Shown in pieces: positions 1-11,951 of a stretch of 64,000 nucleotides of DNA. Origin of the DNA: Squalus acanthias (Eukaryota); assembly GCA_030390025.1 (NCBI GenBank), contig CM059432.1, positions 31,498,001 through 31,562,000 of the forward strand. Direction: 5' to 3'. Position 1 is the stretch's first letter. Every line of letters starts with the position of its first letter. A model generated the notes under the pieces. That model had not been told where the DNA came from. It did not search any database and was given only the letters and a program-made list of their open reading frames with translations. The position numbers were made by a program, and so were the translations under genes.

Positions 1-1470
1 GGCTGTGAACTTTTATGCGTCTGGCATCTTCCAGGCTGCTTCTGGAGATATTGGCCCAGAAATTGATCTCGCTCTGTTCCCGCGGGGGTAAGGCTTTCCC
101 GCGATCTCTCACCTCGCTTGTGCTTTTTCAGATCCAGCTCGCACGAACTTCATGTTCTAGAGATCAGCTGGGCAGTGCTTGCGTATCCCAGCGGCGTAGT
201 GAATTTGTGCGAGCTGTGGGATCACGTGACTCAGTTAGAGCCAATGGCAGCACACCATCTTCCATTCATAAGTTTCACAGCAGGCTGTGAAATCTATGAA
301 TCTTACACCCCCCCCAAAATAACAGCTAAACCTCAATTAAATTAAAAAAAAAACCATCACATTAATAAAATAAGTATAGTTAATTAAATTAACCATTTTA
401 AATAAAAAATTAAATTTTTGAAAAAATTTAAAATCTTTTAAAAAGTTATAAAAATAAACTTACCTGTCTTTAAAGTCTCTAAAAAAGATATACCTGTTAA
501 AAAAAATTCAAAAAAATACTTAATTCACTACTTACCTTCTTAAAAGCGGGTCTTACTCCTCCTTTTTACATTTCCAAAATCTTCAGTACTTACCTGCGCG
601 TCCAAAGCATGAAGTGCACAGCGTGCGCGCCGCCTGTAGCGCGCACGCGATGCACCGAGGACCCGCCCCCTTTTCAGAAGAGCAATTGCCGGTTTTCAGC
701 GCATGCGCAGGGCATGCAGAAAACCGGCAATTGGAGTGGGAATACGCGAGAGTACGCAGTGCGTACTCTCGCGTCCCGGGATCAATTTTCGGCCCATTAA
801 CAACATGTCACAGTTTACAGTGCACTGCTGCACGGGAGGCCACTGAGGCTCTCTATGAAAAGAGAGATACCTTCATTTCAGCCCCTCTTGCCAGAGAGAA
901 GCAGGTGGAGTGAGCGCAAGGGTTTGCAAGGATTGCAGGCTTCCCCATGGTGCAGAGTGTCACTGACTGCACGCACATTGCATGCGCCTCATGTCAGCTC
1001 TGCCATGTACCTGAACCAAAAAGGATTCGACTCCCTCAACGTGCAGCTGGTGTGTGGCCATAGGCAGCGCATCATGCAGGTCAATGCCCTGGCAGCAGGT
1101 CACGATGCATTCATTCTATGGCATACATTCTGTGTCAGCTGTATTTCAACCACCACGGCAAACCAAACGGTGGCTACTGGGCAACAAGAGCTATCGGCTG
1201 ATGACAAGGCTCCTGGCTCTGGTTCGCAACTCACGCACACGTGCGCAGTAATCACACAATAGGAGCCATGCTGCCACAAGAAATCTGATAGAGCAGACCA
1301 TTGGCATCCTGAAGCAACGATTCTGCTGCCTGGACCACTCTGGAGGAGCCCTGCAGTACTCGGCTGTGTGGGTCTCAAGATTTGTCATGGTATCCTGCCT
1401 GCTGCACAACCTTGCCATCAGGAGGGAACAGTCCTTGCCACCGCCAAGGACTGTTCAAGAGCGATACCAG
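1..1470 (+). pseudogene. Harbinger DDE transposase remnant, interrupted by MITE 53-795
   Basis: AVNFYASGIFQAASGDI (2-52) continues after the MITE as NNMSQF. Later segments read YLNQKGFDSLNVQLVC, GHDAFIL, WLLGNKSY and LKQRFCCLDHSGG; many frameshifts. Confidence 0.85.
53..795. mobile_element. Non-autonomous Harbinger-type MITE (743 bp)
   Basis: TIRs ggcccagaaattgatc / gatcaattttcggccc; ATT target duplication at 50-52 and 796-798; removing it restores the transposase reading frame. Confidence 0.9.
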
Positions 1471-1689
1471 TAAACTCAACACTAATTCCCCATTCACCAA
1501 CAGTCCCACACTCCTTACCTTCCCTCTGTCACTGACCATCTGTCCTCTTGCCCACAATGTAAAAATAAAAGCCAACACAAAATACACATTCCAATCCAAA
1601 TTTATGAATTGTATCATGCCGTATTACATACAAAAATAAACTAATCACCCCTGTGCCTTACCTTAGTGCCTGTCTTCTTACGCTTTTGC

Positions 1690-3841
1690 CTGTCCTAGTG
1701 CTCCTATGAGGTTCTACCCCAGTGGCTGCAGCTTGGCTGGTGGAAGGCTGCTAACTTTCAGTAGAGGAGACTGAACTGGTCTTGCAGGACGACCTCAAGG
1801 AGCTCTGGGCCTAGAAGGCCCGGCTGTAGACTGCACCATCTCGGCATGGGCGGCAGCAGACTGGGCTGGCTGGCTGACAGGCAACAGCAAGGGCACTGGT
1901 GGAGTGGCAGGGGTGCGAGCACGAATGCTGTCATCCTGAAAAAGGACAGCAGGTTCGTGTTCCATGGAGCGACTGCCACTCTCCCAGGGTGATGCCTCAG
2001 CAATCCTAGTAATCTGTTGGGGACAGATAGCTGGACTGCTGTGACACCGTGGAAGCCCATTTAAATGTTGATATCCAGAGCCATGATGGCAGCAGTCTGA
2101 GCTTCCACTGCAGCACTCAGAGGTTGGGTGGTGCTGTGCTCCAATGGAAGCTGAAACATCGGCCATCAGACGCTGCATCATGGTAGGATCCACAAGTGTG
2201 CTGATGGATTTGGCCACCAGTTCCATGCTAGAAAGGATGGGCTCGAAGCTCTGTGCAAAGCCCTGTGCCAAGTTAGTGCCAGACTCCTCCATGCTCCTTG
2301 ACATTCAACACAAGCTTTCTGGCAGGCTTCTCAATGCGCCAAGCATTTTGGTGTGTACACCCATCAGCCTTTTCCTGTAGCCTGGCCCATCAAAGTCTCA
2401 TCTGAGTCCCCTGCAGCAGAACTAGTGTGCGACCTCATCCTCTGGTGAGCTGGCACCTGCGCTATCCTTTTCCCTGCCCTGGTTGCAGTGCACATGTGCC
2501 CGGTGTCTCACCATGTGCAGATCACGCCTTTATGCTATCCTCTAAATTACATGAAATGTCAGTACCTGAACTGGTGGCTGTGACTGTGAAATCAAGTGAC
2601 AGTGTGTCTTCATCTTCATTGTCTTCCTGCACTTCCTGCCACTGCCTGGGCAGGTTGCAGTTCTTGGGTATCTGAAATTAAAAATGGATAAGGGTTAGGT
2701 TGTGGTGAAGGGAGAGGAGAAAGTAGGAAGTGCATGTTTACACCATCTGCAGCTTGTAAGTCAGAAGAGAATTAGGGATGAGGGAGAAGTGGATATGAGA
2801 TGGAGGTTTAGGTATTCTTCGGCAGCACCTCCCAAACTCGCGACCTCTTCCACCTAGAAGGACAAGGGCAGCAGACGCATGGGGACCACCACCTCCAAGT
2901 TCCCCTCCAAGTCACACATCATCCTGACTTAGAAGTATTTCGCTGATCCTTCATCGTCGCTGGATCAAAATCCTGGAACTCCCTACCTAACAGCACTGTG
3001 GGAGTACCTTCACCACACGGACTGCAGCGGTTCAAGAAGGCAGCTCACCACCACCGTCTCAAGGGCAATTAGGGATGGGCAATAAATGCTGGCCCTGCCA
3101 GCAATGCCCACATCCCATAAAAATGAATTTTTTAAAAAATACCGTCATCTTCAATGGCTTCAGCCCCACCAGTGGCCATGGCCTCAGCAATGGCCCTTCC
3201 CATAATGGCCAGCACTGTCTCCTCCATGAGAGTTAGAACATACAGGGAAGCCTCGCCCCCTCCGGTTTGTTCCTGCTGCCTCTGGCCGTGCACCACCTTC
3301 TTCTGAAAGAGAGAGTGATTGTCGTGCAATCTGTTTGGGTGATGTGGCTGTCATGGTTGAATAGCTGGCAGTGTGTGCAAGCTGTGAGATGTGGGTGTTA
3401 AGCTTGCAATAGTGGTAAGTGTCTGAGGATGAGGTGAAGCATATGAATGTTATGTATGAGTCCTGATTGATAGAGATTGTTGGTAGGTGAGTGACGGGGG
3501 TGTGCTGAATTGAGCAGTGGCTGAGGCTAGTGGTGCAGTTGGTAGGATATGGCATTTGAAGATGCAATCACTGACCTTGACAACTTGTGTGAAGTCATTA
3601 AACTTCTTGCGGCACTGCATCCAGGTCCTTGGGGTTATATTCCTGGCATTAATCTCCGTGGCCATCTATTCCCACTACCTTCTCATCGTGTGACTGGACG
3701 GCCTCCTGCAGCGCGCCCCCCCTCCCCCGCCTCCCCCCACCTGAGGATACACGACATGTCTCCTCCTTTCCATCTCCTCCACCAAGACCTCCAGTGCAGC
3801 GTCTCAAAACTTGGGTGCTGCTCTCTCCCATGGTTAGCCAT
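1690..3841 (-). pseudogene. Harbinger Myb/SANT-like DNA-binding protein gene remnant, three exons
   Basis: Exon 1 has ...RTWMQCRKKFNDFTQVVK|gtcagt; exon 2 (~3303-3143) has KKVVHGQRQQEQTGGG...EETVLAIMG; exon 3 starts ~2672 and is homologous to 22680-23667. Confidence 0.8.
2815..3139 (+). mobile_element. 3' fragment of CR1-group LINE family B, inside the Myb gene intron
   Basis: Family tail gggcaataaatgctggcc...cacatccc followed by an A/T-rich end; matches 15050-15348 and 63720-64000. Confidence 0.85.
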
Positions 3842-5123
3842 TCTTCTCTCTTTCCCAGGTCAGACTCAGTTGCAGAACGACTCCCAGCACCTGCTCCAGC
3901 TACAATGCACCTCTCCTTTAAGACGTGTAAGCTAGCTTTAAGTAGTGCAGGCTAGCTTAAAGCAGTGCAAGTTAGTAACGATGTGGGGCCCCCTGCTGTT
4001 ACGTGCAGCCAATGAGCAGCGCAGGGATTATCATTATAATTTGCATGCAGCACAAAGTTGAGTGCTGCCTGCATTCCACTCAACGAGCACCGGTTAATCG
4101 TGCATCGCGATCCCCACACCCGTTTTCAGGGTCGAACCAATTTAACCCCCTATATGTTCCAGTGAGGATTTTTCAATCTGATGGGTTGAGGAGACACGCT
4201 GTTGCTTGCCCTGTACACACAGGTCCCAGATCCCCTGTAGAGGGTGCCACGCTGTATCGGATTCCCAATGACCGTAATTTGCTGCTCAAAAGCCCACGAA
4301 AAGTCTGTGGACAGCTGTAAGCATAACGAACGCCGAGCACCATTTGTTTGCCGCTGACCGCAAAATCTGAGCCATTGGATTGGAAACAAAGACACAACTC
4401 ACCACAAACCCTGATCTGAAAGTTAATTCCAAATATGAAATGTAAAAGCATTTCAGCAGTGTCCAAAACTCAGTATTGTCAATGAGTAACCTTCTAAGTT
4501 TATTTAAACATTCAGATCCATTGTACACACATCATTAAAGCTGGATAAAGTTATACTTGCATGGTAAACAAATACTTTACTTGAAGCAAAAAACAAGCAA
4601 AATCCATCCAAAGCTGTGAAATCCTATTCAGGGTTGATTTTGCAAACAATCCAACTGTTACACTCACATTAGTACACAACAATGCCAGTTCAGAAGTCCT
4701 ATTATGGTCTGTCTATTGGTCTTGAGCTCTATTCCAAGACTTCAGCCCAGCGATGTGTGCTGACTCTCTGCATGCCTTCAAAAGGAAGCTGGGCCAGTTC
4801 TTATCTAGGGCAGAGACTGCATCATATAGAAGTTAAGTGGAATAATAGTTAACGTAAGCACGGTCAATATGATTTCCTGGTCTTTTCCTGCCCGTCATTT
4901 TCGTATGTTCGTATGTACTGAGGGAGAGTTGGATTTTTTTTCCATTCTCATCAGCCAGTGAGACATTACACCGAAGAATGATTCTGATGGTTTGGTTGGA
5001 TGCTGGAGATCCCACGGCACTATTAGAGCTAGAGTAGGATATTCTCCCAGTGACCTAGTCAATATTGCTCTTTCAACCAACACCACCCACAAACATTGCT
5101 GTATGCAAAATGACTGCAACATT

Positions 5124-8100
5124 ATTTTTTATTCGTTCCTGGGATGTGGGCGTCGCTGGCAAGGCCAGCATTTATTGCCCATCCCTAATTGCCCTTGAGA
5201 AGGTGGTGGTGAGCCGCCTTCTTGAACCGCTGCAGACCGTGTGGTGAAGTTACTCCCACAGTGCTGTTATGTAGGGAGTTCCAGGATTTTGGCCCAGCGA
5301 CGATGAAGGAATGGCAATGTATTTCTAAGTCAGGATAGTGTGTGACTTGGAGGGGACCTTGGAGGTGGTGGTGCTCCCTTGCGCCTGCTGCCCTTGTCCT
5401 TCTAGGTGGAAGAGGTCACGGGTTTGGGAGGTGCTGCCGAAGAAGCCTTGGCGAGTTGCTGCAGTGCATCGTGTAGATGGTGCACACTGCAGCCACGGTA
5501 CGCCGGTGGTGGAGGGAGTGAATGTTTAAGGTGGTGGATGGGGTGCCAATCAAGCGGGCTGCTTTGTCCTGGATGGTGTCGAGCTTCTTGAGTGTTGTTG
5601 GAGCTGCACTCATCCAAGCAAGTGGAGAGTATTCCATCACACTCCTTACTTGTGGCTTGTAGATGGTTGAAAGGCTTTGGGGAGTCAGGAGGTGAGACAC
5701 TCGCCACAGAATACCTAGCCTCTGACGTACTCTTGTTGCCACAGTATTTATGTGGCTGGTCCAGTTAAGTTTCTGGTCAATGGTGACCCCCAGGATGGTG
5801 ATGGTGGGGACTTCAGCGATGGTAATGCTATTGAATGTCAAGGGGCGGTGGTTAGACTCTCGCTTGTTGGAGATTGTCATTGCCTGGCACTTCTGTGGCG
5901 CGAATGTTACCTGCCACTTATCAGCCCAAGCCTGAACGTCATCTAGGTCTTGTTGCATGCGGGCATAGACTGTTTCATGATCTGAGGAGTTGCAAATGGA
6001 ACTGAACACTGTGCAGTCATCAGCGAACATCCCCATTTCTGACCTTATGTTGGAGGGAAGGTCATTGATGAAGCAGCTGAAGATGGTTGGGCCTAGGACA
6101 CTGCCCTGAGGAACTCCTGCAGCGATGTCCTGGGGCTGTGATGATTGACCTTCAACCACCACAACCATCTTCCTTTGTGCTAGGTATGACTCCAGCCATA
6201 GGAGAGTTTTCCCCCCGACTCCCATTGACTTCAGTTTTACTCGGGCTCCTTGATGCCACACTCGGTCAAATGCTGCCTTGATGTCAAGGGCTGCTTTATC
6301 CTGGATGGTTTCGAACTTCTTGAGTGTTGTTGGAGCTGCACTCATCCAGGCAAGTGGAGAATATTCCATCACACTCCTGGACTTGTGCCTTGTAGATGGT
6401 GGAAAGTCTTTGGGGAGTAAGGAGGTGAGTCACTCACCGCAGAATACCCAACCACTGACCTGCTCTTGTAGCCACAGTATTTATGTGGCTGGGCCAGTTA
6501 AGTTTCTGGTCAATGGTGATCCCCCTAGGTTGTTGATGGTGGGGGGATTCAGCGATGGTAATGCCTGGGGTTGGTGTTTAGACTCTCTCCTGTTGGAGAT
6601 TGTCATTGTGTGGCACTTGTGTGGCATGAATGTTACTTGCCACTTATTAGCCCAAGCCTGAATGTCGTCCAGGTCTTGCTGCATGCGTGCACAGACTGCT
6701 TCATTATCTGAGGAGTTGCGAATGGAACTGAACACTGTGCAATCATCAGAGAACATCCCCACTTCTGACTTTATGATGGAGGGAAGGTCATTGATGAAGC
6801 AGCTGAAGATGATTGGGCCTAGGACACTGCCCTGAGGAACTCCTGCAGCGCAGATATCTAGGGGCTGTGATGACTGGCCTCCAACAACCACAACCATCTT
6901 CCTTTGTGCTAGGTATGACTCCAGCCAGTGGAGATTTTCCCCTTGATTCCCATTGCAATTGCAATCCCATTCACCTGCAATAGCTTCTCTTCCCGCTCCC
7001 ACATCATTACCTCTGGTGTCCCCCTAGGATCTATCCTTGGCCCACTTCTATTTCTCATCTACATGCTGCCCCTTGACGACATCATCTTAAAACACAGCGT
7101 CAGTTTCCACATGTACGCTGATGACACCCAGCTCTACCTCACCAGCACTTCTCTCGACCCCTCCACGGTGTCTAAATTGTCAGACTGCTTGTCCAACATC
7201 CAGTTCTGGATGAGCAGAAATTTTTTCCAATTAAATATTGGGAAGACCGAAGCCATTGTTTTCAGTCTCCGCCACAAACTCCATTCCCTAGCCACTGACT
7301 CCATCCCTCTTCCTAACATCTGTCTGAGGCTGAACAACACTGTTCGCAACCTTGGTTTCCTTATTGACCCTGAAATTAGCTTCCGACCACATATCCATGG
7401 CATAACTAAGACCGCTTATTTCCACCTCCATAACATCGCCCGTCTCCGCCCTTGCCTCAGCTCATCCGCTGCTAAAACCCTCATCCAAGCCTTTGTTACC
7501 TCTAGACTTGACTATTCCAACGCACTCCTGGCTGGCCTCCCACGTTCTACCCTACCTAAACTTGAGGTCATCCAAAACTCGGCTAACCGTATCCTAACTC
7601 GTACCAAGTCCCGTTCACCCATCACCCCTGTGCCTGCTGACCTACATTAGCTCCCGGTTTCAAAATTCTCATCCTTGTTTTCAAATCCCTCCATGGCCTC
7701 GCCCCTCCCTATCTCTGTAATCTCCTTCAGCCCCACAACCCCCCGAGATATCTGTGCTCCTCTAATTCTGCCCTCTTGAGCATCCCTGATTATAATCGCT
7801 CAACCATTGGTGGCCATGCCTTCTGTTGCCTACGTCCTAAGCTCTGGAATTCCCTGCCTAAACCTCTCCGCCTCTCTAACTCTCTTTGCTCCTTTAAGAT
7901 GCTCCTTAAACCTACCTCTTTGACTAACCTTTTGGTCATCTGCCCTAATTTCTCCTTATGCAGCTCGGTGTCAAATTTTTTGTCTTATAATACTCCTGTG
8001 AAGCGCCTTGGGGCATTTTACTACATTAAAGGTGCTATATAAATACAAGTTGTTGTTGTTGTTGACTTCAATTTTATGAGGGCTCCTTGATGCCACACTC

Positions 8101-8760
8101 GGTCAATTGCTGCCTTGACGTCAAGGGCAGTCACTCTCACCTCACCTCTGGAATTCAGCTCACTTGGCCATATTTGGACCAAGACTGTAATGAAGTCTGG
8201 AGCCGAGTGGTTCTGGTGGAACCCAAACTGAGCATTGGTGAGCAGGTTATTGGTGAGTATGTGTCACTTGATAGTACTGTCGACAACATCTTCCATCACT
8301 TTGCTGATGATTGAGAGTAGACTGATGGGGCAGTAATTGGCCAGATTGGATTTGTCCTGCTTTTTGTGGACAGGACATACCTGGGTAATTTTTCACATTG
8401 TCGGGTAGATGCCAGTGTTGTAGCTGTACTGGAACAACTTGACTAGAGATGCAGCTAGTTCTGGAGCATAAGTGTTTAGCACTAGAGCTGGGATGTTGTC
8501 GAGATCCATAGCTTTTGCTGTATCCAGTGCGCTCAGCCGTTTCTTGATATCATGTGGAGTGAATCGAATTGGCTGAAGACTGGCTTCTGTGATGGTGGGG
8601 ATGGACCTCAGGAGGAGGCCGAGAAGTATCATCCACTCGACACTTCTGGCTGAAGATGGCTGCGAACATTTCAACCTTATCTTTTGTACTCGCATGCTGG
8701 GCTCCGCCATCATTGAGGTTGGGGATATTCATGGAGCCGCCTCCTCCCGTTAGTTGTTAG
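5124..8760 (-). mobile_element. CR1-group LINE family B, RT to 3' end, with an internal tandem duplication and a nested L2
   Basis: RT motifs LDIKAAFDRV, GVPQGSVLGP, MFADD and WADKWQVTF. The RT segment is present twice (junction ~6290) and split by L2 at ~6951-8063. Confidence 0.9.
6951..8063 (+). mobile_element. L2 LINE 3' portion
   Basis: GVPLGSILGP, YADDTQLY, SRLDYSNALL; tail ggtgctatataaatacaa(gtt)n. Confidence 0.92.
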
Positions 8761-10121
8761 TTATTTGCCTACATAGCAACAGTCTCTCCATTTCAAAGTA
8801 ATCTATTGTTTATGAGGTAATTTGAGCTATTTCTGATAGATTTGATAAGGTGTCATATAACTGTCAAGTTCTGTCTTTTTATTTTACAAAATGGGAGTTA
8901 ATGTAACATGGAGCTAAGTTATGAAATACGGGTCATGTGACATCAATCAAAATATTTTTTTAATCACTTTAAAATTTGAGAAAACTAACCAAGCACCCTC
9001 TTTCTGAGCTTTTGCTGTTATTTTTTCCCCTCATCTCCACTACTGTTGTACCGGAAAGAAAGTTTCTCTTAATCTAGAATTTATTTGAGATATCCCATGC
9101 ACTCTATTTCTGTGCTCACAGTTAAATATTCTGCTCATATCATCTCCACCTCTCAGCAGTTTGAAGACCTGGATTATATCCCCATTTTTCTCACAAGAAA
9201 ATGTAACTCTGATTAGCTGGATGTCGACCAACATTTGCAGAGTACTCGAGGTTAGCCCCCATCGGTTAGTCCTGGGGTGGCGTGTGGTGTGGGAGACTTC
9301 CGGAGAGAAAAGCAAGAAAATCAAAATAACTGACGGGTAAACAAATATAAAAACAAATCAAATCTATTTAATGAAAAGCTGATGTTAGTCTATCCCTGGG
9401 AAAGTGCTGATATCAGCCTGAGCTGTCGACATTCACAATTGTATTCATAGGGCAATATATACTCAGGGGGATTCTGACCTCAGGCAGCTCGACAGTATTC
9501 CCTTCCCCCTCACCACACACATAGAAAACATCTTAGACCTCGTACTGAGCTGCTGTTTCAACTTTTATACTTGTTTTATTTATGGGTTGCGCAGGCCAAT
9601 TTGAAAGATGTCCGTGCCAGGAATGGTATACTTTCCAATTGTCAATATCAAGTATTCCCAGGTCAAGTAGAGCAGAGGTTAAAGTAAAGCTTTCTCTCCT
9701 CTGCCCCAACATTAAAAGGATACCACCCACGGCAGCAGTTTAAAGTGTTTCAATCTCCCAACTATCTCGTGGACGCTCTCAGTTTGGTGCTGTGGGAACA
9801 TGCCTATTGGAAATATCCAAACTCATGTCATGTAGGATATTTGCACCATGCAGACAGAGCACACTTTCATCCCATTGGTTGGGGCTGGATTTGAACCCAG
9901 ATCTAGAAATAAAATGCCAGTGTCTAACCTATAGTAAATCCAATCATTCTACAGTTGTGGTATCTCCCTCATACTTCAGAGATCTCTGTAACCCTCTACA
10001 GTAAGTGAGCCGCAGTGTTTAAGTTCAGTCATTTTCATGGGACAAAGCAGGATTGGGGGAAGAGAGGAGAGAGGGGATTTATTTCAATTCTTTTGGCTCT
10101 GTATCAATTTTTGTTTGATTT

Positions 10122-10487
10122 ACGTCCTGTGAAGCGCCTAGGGATTCCGTACTATGTGAAAGGCGCTATATAAATGCAAGTTGTTGTTGTAATATCTTGC
10201 GCATCCCTGATTATAATCGCTCAACAATTGGTGTCCGGCTGCCTTCTGTTGCCTAGGTTCTAAGCTCTGGAATTCCCTCCCTAAACCTTTCCACCTCTCT
10301 ATCTCTCTTTCCTCCTTTAAGACGCTCCTTAAAACCTACCTCTTTGACTAAACTTTTGGTCATCTGCCCTAATTTCTCCTTACGTGGCTCGGTGTCAAAT
10401 TTTTTGTCTTATAATACTCCTGTGAAGTGCCTTGGGATGTTTTGCTACGCTAAAGGCGCTATATAAATACAAGTTGTTGTTGTTGTT
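10122..10487 (+). mobile_element. Two tandem L2 3' end fragments
   Basis: Both end in aaggcgctatataaat.caa(gtt)n; the second matches 7780-8063. Confidence 0.85.
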
Positions 10488-11951
10488 GTGTCTTGCCTGC
10501 TGCTGCGTTTTCAGATTTCTGCTTCTCTGCCCGGAATTGTTCACTCTCTGCTGAGTTATCTCTGATCTGCTGGTTTCTGCTGGTCCCTATCCTGCTCTGG
10601 ATTCCATTCCACTGCTGCCGAATGCCCTTTGCTCGCTGGCTTTCTGCCTTTCCTTCTCCAGGATTTATTACATACCTTTCAGTTCACTTGCCCCTTCGTG
10701 CTTTATCCAGGAGCTCCCTCTTGTGGTAATCCATGCTAAAGTCCGACAGTGCTGCACTGCACAGTTTCTGGCAGTGTCTGCCTAGTTAATGCCTGACTAT
10801 CCAGTCAGGAATATAGTAATTTGTTGACTGTAAAGCACTTTGGGACGTCCGGAGTTCGTGAAAGGCAGTATATAAATGCCAGTTCTTTCTTTCACTGTAC
10901 ATACAGGGGGAAAAAATGGATGCTGGCACACAGGCCTAATTGTGGTCATTTCCAGCCCTAAATCCCGTTCACCCATCACCCCTGAGACATTAGGACAGGT
11001 GACCAAACGCTTGGTCAAAGAGGTAGGTTTTAAGCCAAGTCCTAAAGGAGGAGAGAGAGGAGGAGGGGCGAAGAGGTTTGGGGAGGGAATTCCTGAACTA
11101 ATAATTGAGTTCTACCATGTTAATCTGGGACTCAAGGTTGGGGAAGGACTGGGCCATTAAGGGAGAACCTGAGGGTGAAAGCAAATCGTGGAAAGTAAAT
11201 GGGTTGGGAATGATCACAATTATTCCTGTGTGCCAGCATCTATTTTTACCTCTTTATACAGTGAAAGAAAGAACGTGCATTTATATAGCGCCTCCCACAA
11301 CCTCTGGACATCCCAAAGCACTTTACAGCCAACAAAGTACTTTTTGAAGTTTATCACTGTTGTAATGTAGGAAATGTGGCAGCCAAGTTGTGCACAGCAA
11401 GATCAAACTAACAGCAATGCTTTATAAATTCAGCTCAGTGCAAATAAAATGTTTGAAACCAATTGTTTCAGACAATGTGCCCTAGTGATGAGCACACTAT
11501 GTGTTACAACACAGAGTTCTTTGCTTTTACTCACAGATAATCATGAGTATTACTGTTGTTATATTGCCGATTTGTTGTTTCGACGTTTATTTGTCTTCAC
11601 CCTAATACGGGCACTTGCTCTCCTGTGAATGGAATTTCTCACACAGACAGATGTCCGTCCTATGCAGACTTTTCTTCGTAGACTCCTACTTTGATGGTTT
11701 TGAACTATTTTAATGTTTTAAAGAGTTTGGTTGATTGTTTTGAAAAGGTTTCTTTTGAAAATTCGTTCCCTTGTTCTCCTCGCAGGCAAACACAGAGTTT
11801 AACTGCAGAATGACCAAGCAGCCGGCAGCTTTATTTGAAAAAGGCGTTGTGTCATTAAAGCAGGAAATAATGACACAGCGCCTTTTGTGACTCGAGCTGT
11901 CACATGACCTGCCAGGTGAAGACCTCACTGGTGAGGGTAACCTTACAATTG

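Larger units (their letters stand above)
1..4150 (+). mobile_element. PIF/Harbinger DNA transposon 1 (left end outside window), decayed
   Basis: Convergent transposase (+) and Myb/SANT (-) remnants. Right end ccaatttaaccccc (4137-4150) resembles the GG..AAATT TIRs of the other Harbingers here. Confidence 0.85.

Noticed and set aside
4003..4528. Overlapping ORFs and a possible 13-nt micro-exon (tttcag|atcagggtttgtg|gtgagt, minus strand, ~4403-4415)
   Set aside because: No recognisable protein and no partner exons; splice-like motifs alone are not enough.
5416..6372. 318-aa ORF as a functional RT gene
   Set aside because: Chimeric product of a LINE tandem-duplication junction; lacks the endonuclease and the RT N-terminus.
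10670..10740. Minus-strand ATG (MDYHKRELLDKARRGK*) near an aag|gtatgt donor
   Set aside because: The ORF stops before the donor and has no recognisable homology.
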